Assembly: GCF_006345805.1 (NCBI RefSeq)
Contig: NC_042997.1
Span: 124,186,001 to 124,250,000 of the forward strand
DNA length: 64,000 nt
From: Octopus sinensis
Lineage: Eukaryota
Direction of reading: 5' to 3'
Positions 43,861 to 56,490 of this stretch are shown here, piece after piece. The position numbers were made by a program, and so were the translations under genes. The first letter of the stretch is position 1. Each line of letters starts with the position of its first letter. Under the pieces are notes generated by a model, which made no database searches, was not told the origin of the DNA, and saw only the letters and a program-made list of their open reading frames with translations.

Positions 43861-44245
43861 GTCCTTGCTAAAGAAACAGAAAGAACAGGAAAAGATGTAT
43901 ACTATATTACTTTTATCTTCGAGTTCAATAGTTATTTATGACAACTTTGTATATTTTAACTTTCTGATGGCGGTTGATTCGCCACGGTATTTTATCATAT
44001 TCTGGTGAACAGACAATAATGCATTACTTCGGTGCTACAGTGCCACATTGTTTGTCCTTGTTAATTATATATTCTATTTTTTCTTTTGCTTAGTTATTTA
44101 CATTCTTTTTTCTAATGTGACTTAGTGTAAATGCTTTGAGAAGAGAAAACAGTACCAGCTTACAGTAATAGCAGCATCGTCAAACGGAAACGGTGTCGGT
44201 TCTCGGCACATTATAGTCCTAACTACTTTGGAAAATCATATAAGT
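43861..44245 (+). pseudogene. Possible decayed fibronectin type III domain exon
   Basis: 44135-44236 reads FEKRKQYQLTVIAASSNGNGVGSRHIIVLTTLEN, which fits the FN3 C-terminal pattern LxxxTxYxIxVxAxxxxGxGxxSxxIxxxT without gaps. An upstream frame gives NSYL*Q...SDGG*FATVFYHI. There are stops and a frameshift, and no canonical donor at the expected site. Confidence 0.4.
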
Positions 44246-45188
44246 CTGCCCCTCTAGTATCTCAAGTTGTATGTTGGTAAAAGAAGGACTCTGCGTATTT
44301 AATTAAACCACGTGAGCCTCCTAAAACGATTGTAAATTTGATAAGTTATATTTATAGATTTAAAATCCTTCTTATAGGTATAGCTTGAAAAGGGATGTGT
44401 TCTAACAGAATGAACATTCCTCCATACTTTTTATATGTCTTTATTTTCCATTAATTGATTATCAGAAAACCTTTACAAGTATTTTCCATATATGGGTATT
44501 TGAAATATTATATATGTGTAAGATAACAATAACAATAAAAATTTACATTATGCATACATGTTATGAGCAAATAGCAGAGCTTTTCACAGATACAGGTGAA
44601 AAAGTTTATTGGCAATATTAAATCCATTTCCATTAAAAGAGAAATATTCCAAGGAACTATACGAGCATTCAGTCCTTTTTGGCTAATGCTAAAATCTTTA
44701 ACAGACATCCTTAACTGAACTGGATTCAGACGCTAATTTTATGCTAGGTAAGACAAACAAGAATCTTTCATATATGGATCATCTAAGTCCGAATGAGGAA
44801 GAGAATAAATGGCAAGAAGCACTAACGCAAACAATAATAAATTTAGCAGAGAAATGGAGATGGGATTCGGATCAGGAAAAATGCGTCATAGCAAAATTAA
44901 ATAGATAAAACAATGCTTGATAGAGAAACAGGAGTGAAAGTTTTACAACAGGCACTTCCTCAATATCAAATCTTTCGTTTTTTATTATCCCATGCTGGCA
45001 TATCGACATATCTACAAACCTTTCCATCTCTATACATATGCGTGTGTGTGTGAGGGCGTGTGTGTGTGAGCGCGTGTGTGTGTGAGCGCATGTATGTGTG
45101 AGCGCGTGTGTGAGTGTATGTGTGTGCCTGGGTGCGTTCGGGTGTCTGTGTGTCTGCGTATCTGTATCTGCATGTGTTTGTGTGTGTT

Positions 45189-45226
<38 letters not shown>

Positions 45227-45843
45227 ATATATATACCATACGATATAATTTCTTGCTTCATTGAAACAATCCCTGTTTCTAGTGATAGAAAAAGTATCAG
45301 ATGCATGCACACTGGACCACACCAAATAAAAAGAGAAGATAATTTTAAGATTGTGGAACAGTTCAAACCTGATGTGATACAGATGGTCAAGTACACGCTA
45401 AAGATAATTCTGATTTACATCACTTGCCTAGATTTTACTTAAATTTATTCCAAGTAGCTAGAGCATAAATGTCATATACGTTCCACTGAGAACTTTCCAT
45501 AGCTATCAGCATAAACTTTCTCATTCATATCGCCTGTATGTTCTGATAATGTATTTTTCACAAATAATGTGCACTTCATATTTAGGGCTCTGATGAAGCT
45601 ATAGGATATTATCCTGGTACGCAACCAAGAGTCCACAACGTCTTATAGTCAAAACAGGTGTAAGCTAATGAAGTTCATTACCCCACATTTGTTTTTTCCG
45701 GAGTCATCTCTTTGTTTCTGTCGCCTCTCTATGCTCATATAACATTGTGTTCTCGACAATACGTATATTGAGTTCTACACTAGGTTATTAATCTCTCTAT
45801 GGCAAAGCGAATGATTAAAATTTAGATACTTATATAAGTATAC

Positions 45844-45891
<48 letters not shown>

Positions 45892-45909
45892 TATATATAT
45901 ATATATATA

Positions 45910-45969
<60 letters not shown>

Positions 45970-46013
45970 ATAGATAGATAGATAGATAGATAGATATAGA
46001 TATAGATATACAG

Positions 46014-46052
<39 letters not shown>

Positions 46053-47099
46053 GTGTGTGTGTGTATATATATAAAAATACATGTGCTTGCATGTGTGTAT
46101 AACTTCCAACGGAGATAGGTTATTATGTATTATCGACACGTTACTGGCTTGCTTGAATTGAGATCCTTGAGAGATATGGCGGAATAGATTATATATATGT
46201 AATATGCCGTTTCTTATTTTTGTCAATACACGGCCCGAAGTTCCCTTATCATTTTACGTTATATCAGTTGTATCTGTTTTTCTCATATACATATCAAGAA
46301 AGAAGGTAAGTCATACATGCATACATCCATGCCTATATTTATATATATTACTCATTTATTATTCTCATTTATCACAACTTTCTTACACCCTGCCCCTTTA
46401 AGTACGTTCGATTAGTTTCAATCTATATGCAGTATATTATTCTGCCACTGCCACAGTGACTGAATATTTATCTAACCTGCATGCCATATTTATATTTATT
46501 ATGTGATATTTAATACAATATCACTTCAATAAATTTAATAGTATTTTCTTGTCTTTTATTAATTCATTTTAACTTCTTGCCATTCATTTGTAGTTTTATT
46601 TATGATTTTGCCTTCCTATATTCCATATGAATTATTCTTTAACGTCATTGTTGATTCGATGTGTATTTATTGCTCACTCACGAATTAAATTGTCATTTTC
46701 CAATGAAAATACGTTCTAATATAACCAACAAACATCCAGTAGGTGTTCAGTAAATGTCATAAAATTCCTGGAAAACGTTCCTGTGTGCGCATGAGGAAAT
46801 TATTCACTATATTTACAGCTAATTTCAATACAGTTTCGAAATGTGAAAAATATAAGATTTTATTCACTTTTCAATTTGCTATATTTTGTTTTCAAGATTC
46901 ATTAATGACGTGTCGGTTTGACAACGAAAATAATTATTTTGGATAACATGAAACATATTGAAAATTAATGTATTATTTAGCCATCTAAAAGCCTTTTTTT
47001 CCCCTTCCTAATTGTTGCTTCTGCATTTTACAAGTAATTTAATAAAAATTTATTATTCAATAAATCACAATAATAATAACGTGTTTTGCTCATATACAT

Positions 47100-47195
<96 letters not shown>

Positions 47196-47559
47196 ATGTA
47201 TGTACATGTATGTATTCACTTGTATTAATATAATTGAAAAATTATAGATTGAAATATCCAAAGTAGTATATAATGCGGTGATATCCTTGAGAATATAAAT
47301 TTACAGGTAATGCGTTGAGGCATTATTATTTTACACAGTATATTCGCTTTGCATTCCTTATCAGTGGATCTACTCGTTAATGTGTTCCCTACTGAATTCT
47401 CATCTCGTAGATGTATAATGAATGCCACGACAAGCTCATCTCGTCACAATGAACCTCAGACTATGTTATCTTGTGTAATTAAGTTAAGATCATGGGTTAT
47501 GAATTTATGGAGATTCGGCACATATATCTAGCATATCGGCTGAGCTATTACGGTTTGAC

Positions 47560-47830
47560 AAGTCAGTCAGCCATCGGCTGACACTCGCTGACGATCCATC
47601 GAAGAGGCCAGGGAACAGAAGAAAGAAGAAAAAAGAAGACATGCACCCAACACCAGAGCTGAAGACACCTCCGAAAGGAAGGGGCCCGCCACGTCAAAAC
47701 GGTAGAGGAGTAGGGCCGAAACCGGATGTGGTTCCTCCTGATGATACCTTGAGCTAACTAGATCCTGTAAAGGAGCTGTTGTGGTAGCAGACCACGAAAC
47801 ACGGTTGTAATTCCCCTGGCTTCTCACTTA
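47560..47830 (+). mobile_element. Possible Penelope-like terminal-repeat fragment
   Basis: A GC-richer island with two CTGANGA...CGAAAC motif pairs. Confidence 0.3.
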
Positions 47831-49919
47831 AGGATAGAACACTAAAGAGTGAAAGCAAATTTTTCCTACACAGCTACTTAAAATACCCAACACGTGCATT
47901 TGAGAGTTTCCACATGCCATGGTTGACCGGCTTGAATTGCAGCCAGTCACATATTAACTTATTTCATAATATTTGAAAGATGTATGGTTCAATACATTCC
48001 TAGATTCTCTAAAATTGAAAAGACACCAGTTATTTTGTAATGCGTTTGTTCATAAGTGAGCTGGATCAGAGCAAAGTTATAAAACAACAATAAAAGTCAA
48101 CAATTCACATATCAATTTGTAGCTTTAACACTTTGTTCAATTTTACCATACAGAACCAATTTACATCTAAGTCTGTTATGGCTGTTAAGACTTGATTCAT
48201 GCCATAGACAAATCAAATAAGCAGTGACAGACTACAAACCCCAGAAGTCTTTTCTAGTTGTCTGAGACGTCAACAATATCGCAATTTTGTAGTGTAATAC
48301 GGGTACATTTTAACCAACACGTAAACAAAGACAGTACATTGTAAAATGACAAAGAAACAACTTCAAAAACTAAAAACACTAGTCAGACAGATTCTGTCGA
48401 ATAAAAAATTCATGGCGTACATATAATCATAAATATATTGAGGTAATAAAATGAAGAAAGTATCTATAAAATACGTCATATCTATATGTGTGTTTGTGCG
48501 TATGTGTACGTATGTATATATGTATGTATACACGTACACATACACTACTACTTATCTATTCATATATATGTGTAGAAAAGTTAACTTCAGAATTATAAGC
48601 AATGTACTGAGGCGGTATCAGAAAATACGAAAAATAGTTATATAGACATTAAGCTCTATAAGGAACTGGAAGAGAGAAGATTGTAAAGAGAAATGAAGAT
48701 GAGTAGCGTGCTTAATTTTACAAATATGATTCAAGGAATCAACCGCATTCTGATTGGTTAAACCCTAATGAATTACATCTAAATTAATTTTATTAATACA
48801 ATTGTTTGTGACTGCAGATAATAACAATAACTTTTATTGGTGGTGGCGGTTGTGGTAATGATGACGATGATGATGATCCTCATCACTCATCGCCATCATG
48901 ATCATACTGATCTTAAATCTTGGTATATTCTTGGCCTAGGACTGCAGGTCATTCAGCAAGATATGCTGCAGAAATGTGTGCCTTACACATGAGTACTACA
49001 TCTGCTCAGTGGAGTCTCTGATGTACAGGAGTCTCTGAAGTAAGAGCATCAGAGAACACGAAGTCTGGCAATACATAGACCCCAACACAGGTGGAACGTG
49101 TCCGTTCCATATAAGCGTTTAAACTGACGCTTCAATCTACTTTAACAAGAAATGGGAATATACACGAAGGTCAGGTGGCAATTTATAAAGGAGGTAATGT
49201 AGGCATTCGCCACTTCAGCATGATATTTTGGAGGTTATCTTCTTCAAAGACCAAAACCGTGCGAGATTAGCTTACTCTGATTACTTGTTACCAATTCTGA
49301 TTCCAGTCTATTTGCAAGTCCTGATCGAACCAGCATCCGAGAGCTAAAAATGGCTTGAAGCCTACCTACATGTTTAGATTTATTTTTGTCTTGCTATTGC
49401 CTCGCATTCCCGTTCTAATGTGCCAGTGATCACTCATATCCTTGGAGGACTAAAGTAATTTTGTCATCGACATTCTCTGACAAAACCGTTTTCCATTCCC
49501 AGCTCAAAAGGATGACTCAAACTTTTCTAGTTCCTGCAACAATAGCACTTCAGTTATCGCGTATAGAATGGACAAGAGAGTATGTACCTGACATAATGAA
49601 TGCATTCATGAAAGCTAAAAACATATGTTTAATATATTTCAGATCAGAGACCACCTACAAATGTTGTTACTTCGAAAAAAATAAAACTGCTGATAATCGG
49701 AACGTTATTCCATCAAATAGCTGAATCGATTAATGTACGCTTACTAAGACTATATATTCATATTTCATCCTTCTTCAGCTCCCTGCTAAAAAAGCTAATT
49801 CATTGCTTCTATTTTTCAAAATGTATGCTTTTTACTCTCTTAAAAATGTATGCCATTTACTCGCCAAATTTTGCTACCAATTGAATATATCAGAATCACA
49901 TATAAAGTATGAGTATAAA

Positions 49920-50180
49920 GGATCCTATCAATAAATGATCCCATCAACAAAGGATCTCATCACCTTTAAACGGAATCTGAACAAATTTCTTCAAGGAATA
50001 CCAGATAATCCACCTATACCGGTATACACCTCACTCAACAAGAACTCCCTACTCAAATGTTCCATGAAACCACAAAACTGGTCTTGAAAAGGATTTAGCT
50101 AATTCTATTAGGTGGTGCTATTAAGTTAAACATGGCCTGGACCAGTCTTTGGTGGAAACATATCTAAGTTATCTAAGTTA
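49920..50180 (+). mobile_element. CR1/L2-group LINE extreme 3' end
   Basis: ITFKRNLNKFLQGIPDNPPIPVYTSLNKNSLLKC, then a short UTR ending in tandem TATCTAAGT-TATCTAAGT. It shares AAATGATCCCATC and ATCACCTTTAAA with the end of the 60525 element. Confidence 0.7.
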
Positions 50181-50911
50181 TATCATGCACAAATTTAACT
50201 TGTACTCTTCTTTCAAATTGATTAGTTTATTTTTCAAATAATTCGTTTTTCCGAATAATAATGACTACTGAATGTTAAACCAGGAACTAATTGAAATAAT
50301 CAAAATACACATATGTACAAAAATTTGCACATATTTAAAGCACATGTGATTATTTGCTTCAGTCAGCTTAAGGGAAATAACTCAGCTAAAAGTTGATTAA
50401 CAAGTATTGCAAATGAGTATATCGTTTACGACTTAAAATTACCCCCTCTGGTCATTTATTTATCCAATGATATCAAATTTCTAATTATATTTTTCACCAT
50501 TAGTTAATTTACTTCAACCTGAGGATAAAAACGTGCCTCAAGATGTTCCTAATTAATAAGTAATGAATAAATACATTACAATAACTTAATCGCTACTTTC
50601 ATAACCGAACAGTCTGCTCACCATTGCAAATTAATTTTCAAGTGTCAAGGCAAGATATTTTTCCCCTCGCGTTTTCGGTTTGGTTTCGTTGATTGATGAT
50701 TATTTGACATTGTTCACTTGTATGAACAGTACTCATGAAATACAACCACTGTGTTTCGCAATATGGGTGTATAACTTTGTCTTTTCTAACATATGTATGT
50801 GACTATGTACGTTATTGCTGTTTAACCCCGAGATTTCCTTGTGGAACAAAACCATGATCTATTACTTTCTATCCTTGACTATTTAATTCTTACTTCATAC
50901 ACATTATATTA

Positions 50912-52490
50912 CACTGGGGAAAAATATTTTTCTACTGTGATAAAAGCATGTTTTAGACTAAATCGAGGATGCTGATTCCGAATTCGCACTCAGAATTGTT
51001 CTAGCACGTCAGGGATTTGAGTTATGTTCATGTGCAAGATTATAACTATACTTTCGGCTAGATATAGGCCGTATTATAAAACTTGCTAAAATGAAAGCGG
51101 TCTTAATTAAAAATTAAAGAAATAACAGCAATAAAACAAAGGATGAGAAAGTTCAAAGAAGACCAAAGCACAAATTGTGTATGCAGATTGTATGTCGCCT
51201 CTAAATCCTGTCCCACTTCCCTTCTCACATGCTTCACTTTAAAATCTTGACGCGTCGCACGATGAACCTCCCGACTCACCTATCGACGAAGAGTACGCAG
51301 TTAATTCTAAGAAAAATGAGCCAGAGTAGATTAATGAAGAAGATTTGAAAGATTTAGCAAGAGACCGAGCATTGTCAAAGGAGAGGGCAGAAGTTTGGGG
51401 ATCCAAATTACAACAACGGAATCTCCTAGAGCAAGGTACCAAAATTTCCATTTTCTGTTCTCGTCATAAAGGCTTATCTGTCTTTTTCAAGCAAGAAAAT
51501 GATGCTTGTTTCTGTGCTGATTCTAATTCACTCATGCAAAATGTAGGACACGTGCATGTGGCTACCGAATGGAGATTGTTTATAGATTCAAGTATGGTTA
51601 ACCTCAAAGCTGTGTTGTTACATAACAGTAAGGAAAAACTTTCCACACCTGTGGGTCAGGATGTCGGTATGGAAGAAACCTATGAATCGATGGAACTCAT
51701 TCTGAAAGGAGTTAACTACTCAGTTCATAAGTGGGATATTTGTGGTGATTTAAAGATGATTTCCCTCCTTCTAGGGCTGCATCTGGGATATATCAAATAT
51801 ATGAGCTTCCTGTGTGCTTGGAACAACTGTGATGACAGCAATCGTTACTCTGTCAAAGACTGACCTAAAAGAGATGAGAACACAGTTGGTAGCTATAATG
51901 TGCACCATACGCCACTAGTACACCCGCAAAAGATCTTCCTTCCACCTCTTCACATCAAACCCGACCTTAGAACAAACTTTGTAAAAGCAATGACACACGA
52001 TGTATGTGGCTTCCAGTACGTATAAGTAAAATTTTGTCCAGAGGAAAGTGATGAAAAACTGAAAGCTAGCATTTCCATTGGAACCGAAATAAGAGAATTG
52101 GTACCTGATAGTAAATTCAAAGGTAAACTGAATCTAGATGAGTTGACAGCATTAGATTCATTCATATTAGTTGTACAGAACTTCATTGGAAATCATGGAT
52201 CTGAAAACTAGCTGATCTAATAAACAACATGCTAACAGCGTATGAAAGAATGGGATAACGAATGTCCCTTAAAATGCACTTCTTGCATTCTCATCTCGAT
52301 TCTTTTCCAGCAATCTAGGTGCTGTTAATGATGAGCATAGTGAGAGGTTCCACCAGGACATATCTGAGATGGAAACGAGGTATCTAAGCCGGTTCATTCC
52401 ACGCACGATGGGTGGCTACCGTTGGGTCCTACAATGGGAGGCTAGCATGACACATAAGTGCAAGAGCAAGTGTCTCAAACATTTCTGAGC
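50912..52490 (+). mobile_element. Chapaev3-like (CMC superfamily) DNA transposon relic with pseudogenised transposase
   Basis: Probable left terminus CACTGGGGAAAAAT...GATGCTGATTCCGAATT. Motifs include DLARDRALSKERAE, WRLFIDSSMVNLKAVLLHN, WDICGDLKMISLLLGL, HIKPDLRTNFVKAM, MSLKMHFLHSHLD and DEHSERFHQDISEMETRY, with a stop at 52486-52488. The family assignment is from recalled motifs and no search was run. It has multiple stops and frameshifts, and the right end is not visible. Confidence 0.7.
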
Positions 52491-52509
52491 TGGGCATATC
52501 AAAAATAAA

Positions 52510-52740
52510 GTGATGATGATTCCCCACTACTTCTACTCGTTATCAGAGATGCAATTATCGTCAGCCACTTACGGAAATGCTCAACTGCTTAAGGTCAAGC
52601 AACTGACAAGCAAATCTGTGGTATTGAACAGAAAGATGGCTGTAGCAGAACTCTTTTTTTATATATACCAAGACAAAACAATGTACATGATAAGACTTCC
52701 AGTCAGTTAAAGACACTGCCTGGTACTGCATCGGGGCACT
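52510..52740 (-). mobile_element. Partial copy of the ~560-bp (TAA)n-embedded element
   Basis: Colinear with 53105-53338 (CCCCACTACTTCT...GGTCAAGCAACTGACAAGCAAATCTGTG...ACTGCCTGGTACTGCATC). Confidence 0.9.
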
Positions 52741-52780
52741 ATTATCATTATTATTATTTTTTTATTATTATTATTATTAT

Positions 52781-53335
52781 TGAGTGAGAGAGCAGTGCAT
52801 GCCATCAAAGTGACACTGGGGTAAAATATACGAAGCCCAATATACCCATCATGACTACCCGTCTGATAAGGGTACACCAGGCACATGCATCACAACCATA
52901 TGTGCGCGATATGGTGATCTCATGTCAAGATAAACAGCACATGACCTTGCAGGTGGGGCCCAGTTAGAATTTTCTTCAGGTTGAGTAGCCCATCCCGCTC
53001 AAAAGGTCCCTGAATAAGGGTTGTTTAAGGATATTGAAAGAACCACCCATGTTTCCAGAGGTGAATTATTCAAACCCCAAAGAATCCCTCTCAACACATG
53101 GCTATGATGCTCCCCCACTACTTCTGCTCGTGATCAGAGATGCACATATCGTCAACCACTAAGGGACATGCTCAACTGGTTAAGGTCAAGCAACTGACAA
53201 GCAAATCTGTGATATTGAGCAGAATATTTGCTGTAGCCCGTCTTTTATACCAAGACAAAACAATGTACATGATAACACTTCCAATCAGTTAAGATCAGAA
53301 GCCATGAGAGCCACTGCCTGGTACTGCATCAGGGC

Positions 53336-53338
<3 letters not shown>
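52781..53338 (-). mobile_element. ~560-bp non-coding interspersed element flanked on both sides by (TTA)n
   Basis: Bounded by ATT arrays at 52741-52780 and 53339-53517, with further copies at 52510 and 56920. Strand is assigned so that the flanks read (AAT)n. Confidence 0.85.
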
Positions 53339-53339
<1 letters not shown>

Positions 53340-53385
<46 letters not shown>

Positions 53386-53444
53386 GTTTGAATTTTGCTT
53401 TACATTTGTACAAGTTGTTATTGTTGTTGTTGTTGTTATTGTTG

Positions 53445-53516
<72 letters not shown>

Positions 53517-53517
53517 G
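53340..53517. repeat. (ATT)n/(GTT)n arrays
   Basis: Direct reading; a short non-repeat spacer lies at ~53385-53415. Confidence 0.9.
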
Positions 53518-53519
53518 CA

Positions 53520-53760
53520 TTTTGATTCTTAGTATAACAGTGGAATTTCTGCAGTGCTTTGTATTTTTTCCTGTGTATGCACATTATTTCGTGCTGTTAT
53601 TTTCGTTATGCTGTGCAAGTTTCTGTGACACTTTGATTTGCAGATGTTTTGCTTATTTCTATGTTCCCTATGATCCAGGTATTTACCAGTAACTAAATTA
53701 GTCATTTGCAAGACATATAATTTCTGTTTTCATTACCCCCAAATTGGTTATCTCTATTTC
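53520..53760 (-). mobile_element. Very degenerate R4/Dong-type C-terminal fragment
   Basis: Minus-strand IPGS*GT*K*AKHLQI and NSTVILRIK resemble VxGxLGTIxKxLxKHL and LGTAxILRK. Confidence 0.4.
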
Positions 53761-54196
53761 CAGATCTTTCCATACCATTAATATTAGAGATATTTTATCG
53801 CGCATTTAAGCTAATATTTCGATTGTGTAGCATTAATCATATTAGAGTGTTTGAGAACCATATCTTGCCGATTAATGTATCTCTATGAGAAAGAAATTAT
53901 AATATGTACTGAATGGTGGTTTTATCATTTCATCATTTCATAATGCAGGCATAACTCCACTGTATACGAACCTCAACTTTGTTCAGTTCTGTAGATATAC
54001 TATTTAGTGGCTTATACTGGGCATTCAAAAATGTGATTCTTTGTTTCTTCTGAGTTTATTTAAAGGTAGGTGAAAGTTGCCAAGTATAGACCTGTGAGTC
54101 GACGATTAGGAATTGGAGAGGGCATTTGATATTAGTGTTCAGAGAAATCTGTGACAGTGAGGTTCCTCGATCATCCCTAGAAGTCATCCTTTACCA

Positions 54197-54338
54197 TCAA
54201 CTTTGCCTTTCATCCTGTCGGGGTCGATTGAATAGCTACCAGTTGCGCACTGGGGTCGATGTAATCGAATTAATCCCTTTGCCTGTCCTTGTTTGTCCCT
54301 TCTATGTTTAGCCCCATGCGGCCAATAAATAAATAAAT
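54197..54338 (+). mobile_element. SINE family B, 3' part
   Basis: CAACTTTGCCTTTCATCCTGTCGGGGTCGATT...CCAGTTGCGCACTGGGGTCGATGTAATCGA matches the reverse complement of the 41277 copy. Confidence 0.85.
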
Positions 54339-54344
54339 ATCATT

Positions 54345-54401
54345 AATATTATTCTTATTAGACTTATTATTATTATTATTAGTAGTAGTAGTAGTAGTAG
54401 T

Positions 54402-54484
<83 letters not shown>

Positions 54485-54498
54485 CATTATTATTATAT
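54345..54498. repeat. Symmetric compound trinucleotide array (ATT)(AGT)(AGC)(AGT)(ATT)
   Basis: Direct reading. Confidence 0.95.
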
Positions 54499-54519
54499 TT
54501 CTCAGAGCTCTTGGTATTA

Positions 54520-55280
54520 CTTGCTCTGGGTGATTTTTTGAGAGCCGACAGCAACCTATTGTCAGATGTCTCACAGTCTCATACCGCAAATTATAATCTT
54601 TCGTACTGTTAATTTATCGGGGTAGACACTCAACACCCAAGCAACAACCTCAAAATCATAGTTGCCTCCAATCGAGCAGTTTTGGAGCTAGTTCTGCACT
54701 CATGTCAATTCCAATTTCTTTCACATATTTCCGCAACCTATGCTGATAGCTGAATGCTAATACTTCTAAATGCACCAATTACTATTAGTATCACATCTAC
54801 TGTCTTCATTGACCACAACCTTCGTATTTTCCACTTCAAATCGTCATAGTTGTTTTTTCCTTCTTTTTTTTACATTAATCCTGTAATCACTGGCGCATGC
54901 TATGTCGATTAACATACATGCTCTTATGTTTTTTACTCAGCACAACGGTTTCCGATGCCTCGTCGTATGATCATACTGGATCATTGTATGCCACAGGATT
55001 TGTCAATTCTCATTTTCGCTGAATCCTACTGAAGTTTAGTACATATCACGTCTTTGCTGTTTGTAGGTCGTAATTTCCACAGAAATTCCAATGTATTGTT
55101 CTTGTTACATTGTCATGGCGTCTTTTATATTCGCGTTGTGCCAATTTCGGGCATTCGTTGACGATGTCCTATACCGTTTTACCCCTCTCTTCACACACTC
55201 TGCATTTTTCGCTACCGGTAGTTCTGTACTTCGTATAGTTAGTCCTTAATGCTTATTCCTGAGCTGCGCATATGAGTTGC
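54520..55280 (-). mobile_element. R4/Dong-type relic (zinc knuckle plus RLE)
   Basis: LICAAQE*ALRTNY...KCRVCEE...KRRHDNV...CMLIDIAC...YDDLKWKIRRLWSMKTVDVILIVIGAF. Confidence 0.88.
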
Positions 55281-55389
55281 TGTTGTTGTTGTTGTTGATT
55301 TGATTCAGATTCGGTCTTATTCCTGATAGGATTTATGTGAGTTGCGGGTTACTACCTGTAACCTCGGATTTCCACTAGCTTTCAATAGT

Positions 55390-56080
55390 CTATCTAGTGC
55401 TTAGAACCCGCCTGATGATCTTTCCTGTCACTGAGAGGAAAAACGTCTATAGAAGCTCTACAAGATATATTACTCCAACACTTCAATCAATTGTCTATAT
55501 CATTGCTTACAGTTCCCAATGCACCACCTATCTTAGCACAATCTTTACAGTTTTCAATTCTAAAACATTGTAGACTTTATTGTTTCGTATTCTTTCTTTA
55601 CGATCATAGAATCAAACAGACATGATGGATCAATTAGTAAGCAGCCTCGCTTTTCATCCTCTATCATTGTTTTGTCTGGTCTATTATTTTCTAGCTTCTT
55701 GTCCTTCTGAATATGAAATTCCCACAAAATCTCACGTTTCTCCGACTCCAGTACACTTTCGACGCGATATCATACCATATGTCTCTAATTTCAAATCCTC
55801 ATTTCTGGCAAAGCTTCCAAAGATTGGTAACTTGCTTTTGGTGATACTCTTCATTTTATTTCACGTTTCCTTTATATTTATCAGCTTTCATGTTTCTACT
55901 ATTTAAGATGTCTGCGCTTGCAATTCAGCTTTATAGGTTATTTGTTATGTTGAGGTTTTCATCTTTTATGATCGAAAATATTAGTGAGATTCGAATCCTT
56001 TCAACACTGCTGCCATCATTGTGACCTATAATTCTGTTTAATAACCCTTGGTGTTGCCATTCTAAGAATTTTGGAGATAG
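55390..56080 (-). mobile_element. Second, distinct R4/Dong-type relic
   Basis: ESVLESEKREILWEFHIQKDKKLENNRPDKTMIEDEKRGCLLIDPSC contains the RLE PD...D motif. Confidence 0.85.
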
Positions 56081-56271
56081 AACAACCACAGGAAAATATC
56101 AATGCAACGTCGTTTGAATTCCACAAAATGGAATGTGGCTAAATAATCAGAATTTCTTGTTTGAAGTTCGGTATGAATGAAACACAGAAAATCACGTCAC
56201 TTCCTCTCGGTTATTTGGGCAAATCGTCTTTTATACATGTGCCAATACCGAAACAGAAAATTAACAATAAT

Positions 56272-56489
<218 letters not shown>

Positions 56490-56490
<1 letters not shown>

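Noticed and set aside
49080-49730. Possible APE endonuclease remnant of a LINE
   Set aside because: Only vague similarity; none of the diagnostic motifs (GDFN, SDH) can be read.
51345-51863. 172-aa ORF as a host gene
   Set aside because: It is one stop-free segment of a frameshifted transposase.
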